Positions 1 to 8,281 of a stretch of DNA of 64,000 nt are shown in pieces. The stretch is taken from the sequence record PZ445439.1; one strand, given 5' to 3'. Each line of letters starts with the position of its first letter. The stretch's first letter is position 1. The DNA comes from a phage. The notes beneath the pieces are model-generated. The model did no database searches, was not told the DNA's origin, and was given only the letters and a program-made list of their open reading frames with translations. The translations under genes were made by a program, and so were the position numbers.

Positions 1-21
1 CTCGGTTTAGTTTAAAATTCT

Positions 22-285
22 TCACAAAAGATTCCTTTTAATGTATCTTTTAGACCATTCTATCATATCATCATAATCTAAAAAGTATTCATCAAATTCA
101 GCCATGCAAACAACACCTTGTGCTGCTTTTGATGTGATATAAATTATTCCAACATATCTAGAATCTTCTTCGGTATAATCAATATTTGCTATGAATTCAT
201 CATTAATGTCAAATGTCGAAAACTTCACAGTATGCATCCTTAATACAAGATACGGCCATATCTCGCAATGATTTAGGTGTGTCAT
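22..285 (-). CDS. hypothetical small early protein (real start probably internal Met near 237)
   Basis: ORF downstream of gene 47 in same orientation; overlaps 209..472 in another frame. Confidence 0.3.
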   Translation of the reverse strand: MTHLNHCEIWPYLVLRMHTVKFSTFDINDEFIANIDYTEEDSRYVGIIYITSKAAQGVVCMAEFDEYFLDYDDMIEWSKRYIKRNLL

Positions 286-472
286 TATCTAAAATGTTGA
301 AGTTAAAAGATACAGCCCAATCTGTACAGACCGTGACCTTTTTAATACAATTATCTTCAACCTCTAGCGGTTCAAACCAATATTCAATAATTTCTTTATG
401 ACCAATATCATCTTTTACTTCGCATTCAAAATGCTGACTCATCATAACATTTTTAAATTCATCAAAAGTCAT
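209..472 (-). CDS. hypothetical small protein, translationally coupled to gene 47
   Basis: Start codon at 472 abuts gene 47 stop (469-471); 87 aa acidic protein. Confidence 0.45.
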   Translation of the reverse strand: MTFDEFKNVMMSQHFECEVKDDIGHKEIIEYWFEPLEVEDNCIKKVTVCTDWAVSFNFNILDNDTPKSLRDMAVSCIKDAYCEVFDI

Positions 473-1488
473 TGTGTTGCCTCTACATATAGCTGATTTG
501 CATATTGAATAAGTGCTTCACGGTCAGAATCAGTGATGTCTGGAATTGCATTAATGTATTCTTCCATCAACGTCTGAAGCGATTGAACTTCAACTTCTTC
601 ACTGTCATCTGACTCGACAGAGTTATCAATTTTTGACACAACTCGTAATGAATGCACAACTTTTTCTAGTTCAGATTCGAACTTCGTCAGATTTTTGTCT
701 ACCTCAGTTACTATAACACGTACTGATAGATTTGTAAAATCTTTATAGTCAATTTTTCCTTTAAATGGATAATGAATTCTACGATGCCAGGTAGTATTGT
801 TTGGAATAAATTCCATTCGTTCTGTTTCTGTATCAAACATCCAGAACCCACGAGGGTCATTCTCGTCACCTGCAGTTAGTGTCCATGGTGTCCCAATATA
901 TCTGACGTTAGCAGCCTCAGAGATAGTATGGAAGTGACCAGACCACACTTCTTTATAAGTCTTAAGGAAATCAGGTTCAAGACCGTGAGATTTCATTCCT
1001 TTATAAAAATAAAATCCATTCAGTTCCCAGTGACCAACACAAAAAGAAGCAGATGAAGTTTTGATGTGCTCAAGAATTTCACCAGTATTTTCTTCACACA
1101 TCCAAGGAATCAAATCAATCAAACACCCGTCAAAATCTACCGTAGTAGGCTTATCATATACTTTAACATTAGGATATTTAGCCAAAAGCTCAGTAGAAGC
1201 ATTTGGATGCATTACATTTTTGTAGTGGAGATCGTGATTTCCTACAATAGTATGTAATGTGATTCCAGCATCATCAAGCATTTGAACTATTTCACGGGCA
1301 AACTCCATAGTTTTATGTGTGATTGCTTTTCGCACATCAAAAATATCACCATATTGAATCCATACAGTAATTCCATTTTTCTTAGAATATTCTATCGCTT
1401 GCTTAATTCCATCAATTTGAATACCGCGAATCCACTCATCATCAGCTTTAACGCCTAAATGCCAATCACCCAAGTTTAGTATTTTCAT
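469..1488 (-). CDS. 47: recombination endonuclease subunit gp47 (Mre11/SbcD-like phosphoesterase)
   Basis: 339 aa; calcineurin-like phosphoesterase motifs GDWHLG, GNHD, GHFH; length and sequence as recalled for T4 gp47. Confidence 0.92.
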   Translation of the reverse strand: MKILNLGDWHLGVKADDEWIRGIQIDGIKQAIEYSKKNGITVWIQYGDIFDVRKAITHKTMEFAREIVQMLDDAGITLHTIVGNHDLHYKNVMHPNASTELLAKYPNVKVYDKPTTVDFDGCLIDLIPWMCEENTGEILEHIKTSSASFCVGHWELNGFYFYKGMKSHGLEPDFLKTYKEVWSGHFHTISEAANVRYIGTPWTLTAGDENDPRGFWMFDTETERMEFIPNNTTWHRRIHYPFKGKIDYKDFTNLSVRVIVTEVDKNLTKFESELEKVVHSLRVVSKIDNSVESDDSEEVEVQSLQTLMEEYINAIPDITDSDREALIQYANQLYVEATQ

Positions 1489-2089
1489 GGTGTCTTTTCC
1501 ATCCTAATTTAGCTGCTTTTGAAACCAGTTCTTTAATTTTTCCTTTTGTCCATTCAGGACCAGGAGGTTCATGACATAACATTTGCTTAACTCCGTTATT
1601 ATACCATTTTTTACCTTTATTATGTGATGAAGCTTTAAATTTATTTGACCTTCCTTTTACATAACCTTCTGGAATATAAGGCAAAAAGGCAGATTTTCCT
1701 GTTAATGGATCATGTGAATGTATATTTCCTTTACAATTATGAGAACCATATAATGGATGATTTTGTCCTTTATTATCTCTTCCAAATGAACCTTTTGGAG
1801 CAGCATATGACATATTAAAGAATAATGGATTTTTAACTGCATCATGCAATCGTTGATAATATAACTCGCATTTAATAGCTTCTTCACGCGTATCAAATTC
1901 AGCTAAAATGCATGAATCAAATAAGTGAGGATTATCTGAAAGCTCTTTATTATAAATTTTCTTATACTTTTTAGATAAAACTGAACCATGATATCCAGCT
2001 AAATGCCTATCTAAAGACGTAGATCCAATATAAAAAGGAGGAAGTTTATCTCCACTATATATTGTTAAATAAGTTATATATTTTTTCAT
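1466..2089 (-). CDS. GIY-YIG family homing endonuclease (seg-like)
   Basis: N-terminal TIY...YIGST module, conserved Arg/His/Glu, DSCILAEF...EAIKCELYY block resembling I-TevI ECSILEE region; C-terminal NKGKKWYNNG-type repeats; overlaps gene 47 start by 23 nt. Confidence 0.7.
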   Translation of the reverse strand: MKKYITYLTIYSGDKLPPFYIGSTSLDRHLAGYHGSVLSKKYKKIYNKELSDNPHLFDSCILAEFDTREEAIKCELYYQRLHDAVKNPLFFNMSYAAPKGSFGRDNKGQNHPLYGSHNCKGNIHSHDPLTGKSAFLPYIPEGYVKGRSNKFKASSHNKGKKWYNNGVKQMLCHEPPGPEWTKGKIKELVSKAAKLGWKRHHENTKLG

Positions 2090-2224
2090 ATATCAAGAAC
2101 CGTCATTGAAATGCAAAATAAAATTATTGAAATAAACCCATCTGGTGTGCTAAAGAACCCAATCCAACATGCTTTAGTGAATAGATAAAATGCAAGAAAA
2201 AGTATCACATATTCAAGAAATATC

Positions 2225-2249
2225 ATTATATCAAACTCCGTATAAAGCT
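2225..2249 (-). promoter_or_regulatory. putative T4 middle-type promoter (MotA-box-like AGCTTTA, 12 nt, TATAAT)
   Basis: minus strand reads AGCTTTA-tacggagtttga-TATAAT upstream of seg-like gene. Confidence 0.3.
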
Positions 2250-2252
2250 AAA

Positions 2253-2264
2253 GGGCCGAAGCCC
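2253..2264 (-). terminator. GC hairpin with UUCG tetraloop (GGGC-UUCG-GCCC) 3' of a-gt
   Basis: perfect inverted repeat GGGCCGAAGCCC flanked by A/T runs immediately after a-gt stop. Confidence 0.55.
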
Positions 2265-2265
2265 T

Positions 2266-3468
2266 TTATTTTGTAATAATGTCAAACTGTTCTTTAAAGC
2301 AGAAGCTTGAATCTTGATGCTGATACAAAAATTCATAAGCTTTTTCGCGTTCGCGGTCATAAAGAGTTCGGTCAGATGACAGTTCTTTAATACGTTCAAA
2401 TGTTGATTCCATGTCATTTTCATCAAACCAAATGATACCGCTATCATGCGAGGTCAAAGGAGTATTATCAACACGGAATTTTAAATTTTCGCCAGTAGAT
2501 TTCCAAAATACCGGAATTGTTCCACATGCACCAAGCTCGAGATGAGTATATTCTAAAGAACGTTGTAGATATTTTTTATCCAACTTACTCAACTGATAAC
2601 CAAAACCGGATTTACTCATACGTTCAAGCATTTCGCTATTTACATAACGGTCAAGAATTTGCGTTGGCAAATTAGGAGCAATTTTAATTTGGTCTACTTG
2701 ATGAAGACGATAATACTCGTATGGAATTCCTTTTTCTTTAATAGGAATGAACGCTGGAGAACGTTCCAGACCTTCCATAATAGTACTTAGTCCTGCAGGT
2801 TTAAGATGTTTTTCATGAAAATCAAACATCTGATAAAAACCTTTCCATGTAGTCGTACGACCAATCCAACGGTTGATATTCATGTTAATTTCAGAAACAT
2901 CTTTCCAGTAGGTTGACCGAACCTTCGCAATATCCATAGGAGGCTGAAAGTTATATACTGTCGGTGCTTCTTCAATATCATCAAACAGAGAAACTGTTTC
3001 AGGATACCATTCTTTCATCAGAACTTTATTAAAATCACCATTATCAGAATGGCTAAAAATAACATCAGCTCGACGAACAGTTTCTTCTAATCCCAAATTT
3101 CGGCGCAAAGAAAGAGAAGAATGGTCATGTTGATAAACTACAACACGAACAGAAGGTTTAATGTTATCAATAATTTTTTTATAGTTATTAATAGTGTCTT
3201 CTTCAACCGAAGTAGCAGGAACTGAATTGATAATTAGAATATCACAATCATTTACCAGCTTAAGTGTTTTATCATATTCTTTTGCCAATAAAACCGGAAT
3301 TGAAAATGATTTATAATCATGCGCGCAATTACGAGTAAATGATTTATCTTTAGCATAAACCAAAGTTACTTCATGACCATTTTTAATAAACCAATCACGT
3401 TGCTCGAGTGAGAATTTTGTTACACCACAACCTTCAAGACCTCGAGCCATAAAAATACATACTTTCAT
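2266..3468 (-). CDS. a-gt: DNA alpha-glucosyltransferase
   Basis: 400 aa; N-terminus MKVCIFMARGLEGCGVTKF as recalled for T4 alpha-gt; same length as T4 protein. Confidence 0.85.
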   Translation of the reverse strand: MKVCIFMARGLEGCGVTKFSLEQRDWFIKNGHEVTLVYAKDKSFTRNCAHDYKSFSIPVLLAKEYDKTLKLVNDCDILIINSVPATSVEEDTINNYKKIIDNIKPSVRVVVYQHDHSSLSLRRNLGLEETVRRADVIFSHSDNGDFNKVLMKEWYPETVSLFDDIEEAPTVYNFQPPMDIAKVRSTYWKDVSEINMNINRWIGRTTTWKGFYQMFDFHEKHLKPAGLSTIMEGLERSPAFIPIKEKGIPYEYYRLHQVDQIKIAPNLPTQILDRYVNSEMLERMSKSGFGYQLSKLDKKYLQRSLEYTHLELGACGTIPVFWKSTGENLKFRVDNTPLTSHDSGIIWFDENDMESTFERIKELSSDRTLYDREREKAYEFLYQHQDSSFCFKEQFDIITK

Positions 3469-3521
3469 TTAATATCCTCTTTGTTTTGGTTTATTTTACC
3501 AAAAATTTATAAAGCAATATA

Positions 3522-3535
3522 GGAGCCGAAGCTCC
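3522..3535 (-). terminator. hairpin GGAGC-UUCG-GCUCC
   Basis: inverted repeat GGAGCCGAAGCTCC in intergenic region upstream of a-gt. Confidence 0.45.
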
Positions 3536-3711
3536 TATCCACATAATACGCCATACAGAGGCTCATTAGAACTTTTAAATTTTATGCGCTTATATTTTAT
3601 AGTTCCTTCTGCTTTAGCTTTATCATGAGACTCTTTAAAGCGTCTCATCATTTCCTCTTTAGAGGAACGAATTTTATTATAATCTATTTCAGAAGTCTGG
3701 GTGTTCATCTT

Positions 3712-3915
3712 TCATAACTGCCACCATTTTTTGACTTGATAAGAATCAACCCACACTTTCATATTAGGGTCTGCTCTTACAATAGGAGGATTAACTTCTT
3801 TAATTGAACTATCATGGTATTCTTTTTCAGAAATTTTCACACAAAGATGACCATTCAAAGATTCAGTAAATCCTGCATTAATTTTAAGACGCTTGAATTT
3901 TACGTGTGTAAGCAT
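3712..3915 (-). CDS. hypothetical small protein
   Basis: ORF in early orientation; first ATG at 3915. Confidence 0.35.
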   Translation of the reverse strand: MLTHVKFKRLKINAGFTESLNGHLCVKISEKEYHDSSIKEVNPPIVRADPNMKVWVDSYQVKKWWQL

Positions 3916-4201
3916 CAATCATATCCTCAATTTGCGATCTAGTAGTCTTCCAAAGAATACTGATGAGTTCATCGTTATATGGCTGTTTTAGAATATCCCG
4001 ACTTTTCTTGATAGCATATTCGTATTGAGCAAAATTATTATTTTCAGCTGCAATCTGAGCGTGCTTATAAAGACGATTCAGTTCGCGTTTGTTTTTAGAC
4101 AATAACTTATTTGCTTTTCTTTCTGCTTCAAGACGGTTCTTTTCTTCAATAGAAGAAATAAGCTTTTCCACTTCATCATTAATTTCGGGTTTATCAGTCA
4201 T
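3884..4201 (-). CDS. hypothetical protein, predicted helical
   Basis: 105 aa charged ORF between a-gt and gene 55. Confidence 0.45.
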   Translation of the reverse strand: MTDKPEINDEVEKLISSIEEKNRLEAERKANKLLSKNKRELNRLYKHAQIAAENNNFAQYEYAIKKSRDILKQPYNDELISILWKTTRSQIEDMIDAYTRKIQAS

Positions 4202-4202
4202 A

Positions 4203-4421
4203 TTATTTCTCTAATATAAAATAAAAATCATCATCTGTTAAATGATACCGATAGTTTAATTCTACACCATTAGATTTAAAAGCGGTATCATACGGATTTT
4301 CTGGATCAATATCAATGTCAAGAGCTAAAACTTCCCTGAGATACATTTTAAGTAAATAGGGAATAGCTTCAACTTCAGGTATTTCTTCCAAGAATCCGGA
4401 GAGGTTAATCGTTAGCCTCAT
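4203..4421 (-). CDS. hypothetical small acidic protein
   Basis: 72 aa ORF; overlaps gene 55 stop region. Confidence 0.45.
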
Positions 4422-4962
4422 ATAAAAAATCCAAACTAGGAGAATCGTCTACAACACTTTTCTTTTCAGCCCCCGGTGTTCTATAGGTTGATTCTTCGTA
4501 ATGCGTCATTTTATCGTAGATGTCTTGAATAAAAGTTTCATCTACTAACGCAACCATATCGTCGTCACGACTGTCATAGACATTGTGAACGAAGTAACTA
4601 TATTTCTTTGCAACTTCCTTACGTTCTTTTTTAATACGTTGGACGAATGCATTAAAACAAGCTTGAGTTATATACGCATGTGGGTTTTTATATTTCGTTT
4701 CATCAAAATTGTGAAGCCCCTTAATAGAAGCTTCTATACCATCTGCAATCATTTCTTGTTTCCAAGACTGGGTGTATCCTGAAAAGTTGAAACGTTTAGA
4801 TAAGCCTTCTGCAATAAGCATAATGGCTAATCCGATAGTATCATTCTGACGAACTACTTTATTTGGGTCTTTATTATTTGCTAATTCTGTTTTCCAATCA
4901 ATAATAGCTTGTAAAAGCTCTTTATTGTTTACGTAATTATATTTAGGCTTAGTTTCTGACAT
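4405..4962 (-). CDS. 55: late-transcription sigma factor gp55
   Basis: 185 aa from ATG at 4962 ([20 protein letters not shown]...), same length as T4 gp55. Confidence 0.85.
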
Positions 4963-5040
4963 TTTCACCTCTTAGCTCAATTCATAGATCTATTATATCA
5001 TAATATTTGAAGATCTATCTTAAAGCATAGAGAATATCAG

Positions 5041-5310
5041 TTATCTAAGTAAACAGTATGCTTGGAATACTTTCTCCATCATCTTTTTAAATTCATGAAT
5101 ATCTATATAATGACTAGTTAGATCAGCATGATATAAAAAGTCTAAAAACTTTTCATGTGTACTAACATATTCACTTTCATTTAATTCAGAAACATGGCTT
5201 TCCCAATATCCAACACCAGTCTTATTTGGGAAAAATGAAATTTTCATGTATTGGTCAACATAGAAAATGCCATAATTTTCAATAGTAATAGAAATATTAA
5301 TAAATTTCAT
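5041..5310 (-). CDS. hypothetical small protein
   Basis: 89 aa ORF in early orientation. Confidence 0.4.
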   Translation of the reverse strand: MKFINISITIENYGIFYVDQYMKISFFPNKTGVGYWESHVSELNESEYVSTHEKFLDFLYHADLTSHYIDIHEFKKMMEKVFQAYCLLR

Positions 5311-5522
5311 ACATTCATCAACTTAGCCGCTTCAAGAGCTGCATCTAGTGAATCAAATTGGTCAACGTATTCAATCAATTCGCCATAATTGGCATATAAC
5401 CACCATTGGCTAAATTCATACTCAAGGATGAATCCGTTTCCTTCAATTTGAGTTAAACCAATGCCATTTGTATTTACTTCATATCCAGCAAGACGCAAAT
5501 CGTTAATAAGAGCTTCGTTCAT
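5307..5522 (-). CDS. hypothetical small acidic protein
   Basis: 71 aa; stop/start overlap with neighbour. Confidence 0.4.
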   Translation of the reverse strand: MNEALINDLRLAGYEVNTNGIGLTQIEGNGFILEYEFSQWWLYANYGELIEYVDQFDSLDAALEAAKLMNV

Positions 5523-5524
5523 AA

Positions 5525-5851
5525 TTATACCTTAGTAATTTTCAGGTCTGCAAATTTTTTCTTGCGTTGATTTTTCATGCGACGAATAGTTTTATCGGAA
5601 ATTTCATGCTTTTGATAAGCTTTAGATTCTACACCAAAAGCTTTAACATCAAATTCTGACAAGATATATTGAACCAACAATTCACGGACAGTATTGCGTC
5701 CAATCTTCTGATCATTCTGTTTCATCGTCTGATGAAGCTCTTTTTCCCATTTATCCAAAATTTGAGGAGTTACAATATCGCCTTTTTCTAGCAAAGAAAC
5801 TACTTTATCATATGCGTAAGAATTGATGGCGTTTTTAATTTGAATAGTCAT
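5525..5851 (-). CDS. hypothetical protein
   Basis: 108 aa basic C-terminus. Confidence 0.45.
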   Translation of the reverse strand: MTIQIKNAINSYAYDKVVSLLEKGDIVTPQILDKWEKELHQTMKQNDQKIGRNTVRELLVQYILSEFDVKAFGVESKAYQKHEISDKTIRRMKNQRKKKFADLKITKV

Positions 5852-5890
5852 ACATTATCCTCAATTGCGTTAAAATTTTATTATCCAAAA

Positions 5891-5904
5891 AGGGCCGAAG
5901 CCCT
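5891..5904 (-). terminator. hairpin AGGGC-UUCG-GCCCU
   Basis: inverted repeat AGGGCCGAAGCCCT directly after ORF 5904..6104 stop. Confidence 0.5.
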
Positions 5905-6104
5905 TAGCTAAACTTTTTGGCACCCTTCCAGCCTTCATACATCATTGCGGCTGATATTAATATTGCTCCTGAGCAACTTGAATATTTGTGATTCCAAAAC
6001 CAGTTTAGAAAAACTTCGTCATCAATACCTTGTGCTATCATATTTTCAAAGAACTGACGACGAGCTTCGGCAATTCGCTGCGATAATTTAGATTCAGGAT
6101 TCAT
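5904..6104 (-). CDS. hypothetical small protein
   Basis: 66 aa ORF followed by hairpin. Confidence 0.4.
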   Translation of the reverse strand: MNPESKLSQRIAEARRQFFENMIAQGIDDEVFLNWFWNHKYSSCSGAILISAAMMYEGWKGAKKFS

Positions 6105-6236
6105 TTAAATTTTCCAATTACCGTTTTCATCAATGAATTTAATCCAGTCATTTACTGACCACTTAGTTGTATCGCCTTTTGGAGTAACATTTAAAGTATA
6201 TAGCCCTTGCTTAAAAAGCATTCGTTTGATATTCAT
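6105..6236 (-). CDS. hypothetical mini-protein (track ORF 6105..6320 trimmed to ATG with GAGGAAAAT RBS)
   Basis: ATG at 6236 preceded by GAGGAA; upstream part of track ORF overlaps 6244..6576. Confidence 0.3.
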   Translation of the reverse strand: MNIKRMLFKQGLYTLNVTPKGDTTKWSVNDWIKFIDENGNWKI

Positions 6237-6243
6237 ATTTTCC

Positions 6244-6537
6244 TCAGATGTAACGATAACACTCGTTTGATTTACGTTTAGCAACTCGTTGAGAAGTATT
6301 ATAATCAAAATCATCGTCAATGTAAACTGATTTTTTCAACTTTCTTACTTCACCACGTAATTGGCGATTTAGCTCATCTTTAACTTCTGAATCAATACCT
6401 TTCATTCTACGCCATTTATCTGAGCGAAAAATGTTTTCAACCATATCTTTATGACTTACCCCATCAGGAGCTTTACGCTTTCCGAAATAGTCATAATCAC
6501 GAACTTTCAAGTCTTTACGACGATACGTTTTACCCAT
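6244..6537 (-). CDS. hypothetical basic protein
   Basis: ORF trimmed to ATG at 6537 with AAGGAAAT RBS. Confidence 0.4.
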   Translation of the reverse strand: MGKTYRRKDLKVRDYDYFGKRKAPDGVSHKDMVENIFRSDKWRRMKGIDSEVKDELNRQLRGEVRKLKKSVYIDDDFDYNTSQRVAKRKSNECYRYI

Positions 6538-6712
6538 GGAGTTTAATTTCCTTAGCAACTGAACTAAATGCAGCACGATCGCAAATCATGCGTTTATGTA
6601 ACTTGAGTATAATATAGCAAACTTCAAAACTATTTACATGAGTAACACGAACAGCATTACCATTAATGAGATAATACTGTCCCTTTTTAATTTCTTTATC
6701 AACCATAACCAT
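6530..6712 (-). CDS. hypothetical small protein
   Basis: 60 aa ORF with GAGGAA RBS and early promoter upstream. Confidence 0.4.
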   Translation of the reverse strand: MVMVDKEIKKGQYYLINGNAVRVTHVNSFEVCYIILKLHKRMICDRAAFSSVAKEIKLHG

Positions 6713-6742
6713 ATCAATTCCTCAAAGGTAATTCATATGTTA

Positions 6743-6772
6743 ATAATACCACGGTTTGAACTTGTTGTAAAC
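6743..6772 (-). promoter_or_regulatory. T4 early-type promoter (-35 GTTTACA, 17 nt, -10 TATTAT)
   Basis: minus strand TTTTTCACAAAGTTGTTTACA...GGTATTATTAAC upstream of ORF 6530..6712. Confidence 0.5.
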
Positions 6773-6852
6773 AACTTTGTGAAAAATATTTCAGGGAATG
6801 ATAAGAAAGGAACGATAGCTTAGAATGGTAATATACAGAATGTAAGAAAGAA

Positions 6853-6867
6853 AGGCCCAGAGGGCCC
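6853..6867 (-). terminator. hairpin GGCCC-(AGA)-GGGCC
   Basis: inverted repeat immediately 3' of nrdH-like ORF. Confidence 0.45.
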
Positions 6868-6870
6868 ATC

Positions 6871-7194
6871 TTAGTCTTCTATGATATCTCTATCATATCC
6901 AAGTGAAATGAGAGTTTCTTTGAAGTGTTTAATGTTCTTTTGCCTAGAATCATTAATGAAAATGACCGGATACCGAATATTAAGAGATGTGAATCCGGCG
7001 CGTTTGGCAAGAGATACAATCAGTGGACGATCATACTCAATCTTACCATTATTAGTAAGAACTTTATAGAAAGTAAAAGGAGCATTGAGCTCCTTTAGAA
7101 GTTTTGTAACTGATTGACATCCAGGACAACGACCTACTTCATCTGGAATTCCATAGACTTCAATCTTATTCTTTAAGTTCGAGTTTTGTTCCAC
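6871..7194 (-). CDS. nrdH: NrdH/glutaredoxin-like redoxin (start uncertain, possibly GTG near 7194)
   Basis: CPGC redox motif preceded by IEVYGIP beta-strand; N-terminal 40 aa of track ORF are low-complexity and overlap next gene. Confidence 0.5.
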   Translation of the reverse strand: MEQNSNLKNKIEVYGIPDEVGRCPGCQSVTKLLKELNAPFTFYKVLTNNGKIEYDRPLIVSLAKRAGFTSLNIRYPVIFINDSRQKNIKHFKETLISLGYDRDIIED

Positions 7195-7477
7195 GAGAAA
7201 TAATTCCTTGGTAAGCCCAATAAGGAGGATTAACAGAATCCTCACCAGAGTTTTCTTCAGGAAAATAAACCTGGATAACGAAGCCGGATTCATCAAAGGT
7301 AAAATAAACCGTAGGCAGTTCACCTAACAAATCGGCACGAGCGTTGATTTCTTCGAGGTCTTGTTCACGTCCAGCCCAGAAGCTTGGGTTCAGACTACAT
7401 TCATAGAAATAATAGTCATTACCGAACATATCAAAACCATTCCAACTCTCTACTACATACCGCTCAAAACTAATCAT
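7166..7477 (-). CDS. hypothetical protein
   Basis: 103 aa ORF between nrdG and nrdH. Confidence 0.4.
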   Translation of the reverse strand: MISFERYVVESWNGFDMFGNDYYFYECSLNPSFWAGREQDLEEINARADLLGELPTVYFTFDESGFVIQVYFPEENSGEDSVNPPYWAYQGIISRGTKLELKE

Positions 7478-7479
7478 AA

Positions 7480-7695
7480 TTAATCCTTTTTATCAAGAAC
7501 CGCATTCAGCTTGTTAGTAATTTTATCCAGACGCTCATTGAACTCACTAGAAGATAAGCCCTTTTCCGGAGAAATTAAACTAATCACGAAAAATACAACA
7601 ATAAAAGGAATAAGAAAAATAGCTCCAACTGCCATAAACAGAAAGAACGTTACAGTTGTAAGAAAATCAGCTAAACCTTTACGAAATTTATACAT
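7480..7695 (-). CDS. small membrane protein
   Basis: 71 aa with a long hydrophobic segment (FFLFMAVGAIFLIPFIVVFFVISLI). Confidence 0.45.
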   Translation of the reverse strand: MYKFRKGLADFLTTVTFFLFMAVGAIFLIPFIVVFFVISLISPEKGLSSSEFNERLDKITNKLNAVLDKKD

Positions 7696-7810
7696 ATTTT
7701 ACCCTTAATTGATTAACCAAGCATTGATAAGCACTAAACTATATTGCGAATAAAATTCTGGACCAAAATGAAAAATCATATCATTTATAGTATCCATAAT
7801 GCAATTCAAT

Positions 7811-8281
7811 TTAATCATGTTTCCACACCCCATCGGTATTTGACCAAAGTCGCTGATTATCTGATCCTCGCCACAGCTTTTTAGTCGGAAGATTTTTCTC
7901 ATACTTCCCATCAATAATAACATCAACATATTTAAGCATTTCTAGTTGTTTAATATCTTCAAACTTATATCCTGTCCACAACCAAATGCTTTTATTGGGA
8001 TAAAGATTTTTTACTGTTTGAACAATGCAATGAATAACATCTCGGTTATCAGGATAGAGAGGGTCTCCTCCAGTTATAGTCAATCCTTCTATATAATCAT
8101 TATTCAAACATTCAATTAATTGTTCTAGCGTTTCACCGGTGAATGGAATACCATTTCTAGCATTCCATGTTGATTTATTATAACACCCTTCACATTTATG
8201 CAAACATCCAGTAACAAAAAGAACGGTCCTGCACCCAGGACCATTAACAAAATCACAAGGATAAATTCTATCGTAATTCAT
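7811..8281 (-). CDS. nrdG: anaerobic ribonucleotide reductase activating protein (radical SAM)
   Basis: 156 aa; CxxxCxxC motif CLHKCEGC; adjacent to nrdD. Confidence 0.9.
   Translation of the reverse strand: MNYDRIYPCDFVNGPGCRTVLFVTGCLHKCEGCYNKSTWNARNGIPFTGETLEQLIECLNNDYIEGLTITGGDPLYPDNRDVIHCIVQTVKNLYPNKSIWLWTGYKFEDIKQLEMLKYVDVIIDGKYEKNLPTKKLWRGSDNQRLWSNTDGVWKHD

Noticed and set aside
213-401. Plus-strand ORFs inside the minus-strand early region (for example 213..401, 1066..1257, 8281..8505, 27879..28262, 29899..30261, 30984..31328, 34463..34705, 35616..35855, 35980..36225)
   Set aside because: Each lies antisense to a well-supported minus-strand gene, tRNA or stable-RNA region, lacks a ribosome-binding site and has low-complexity composition; treated as shadow ORFs.
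1702-1896. 64 aa ORF inside the seg-like gene
   Set aside because: Internal alternative frame of the GIY-YIG gene.
2226-2447. 73 aa minus-strand ORF overlapping the 3' end of alpha-gt
   Set aside because: Alternative frame of alpha-gt coding sequence; the alpha-gt frame is the conserved one.
7195-7323. N-terminal 40-residue extension of the nrdH-like ORF
   Set aside because: Low-complexity Leu/Ile-rich stretch that overlaps the upstream gene 7166..7477; the redoxin domain starts after it.
7705-7929. 74 aa ORF overlapping the nrdG start
   Set aside because: Overlaps the conserved nrdG frame by about 120 nt in another frame; low complexity.
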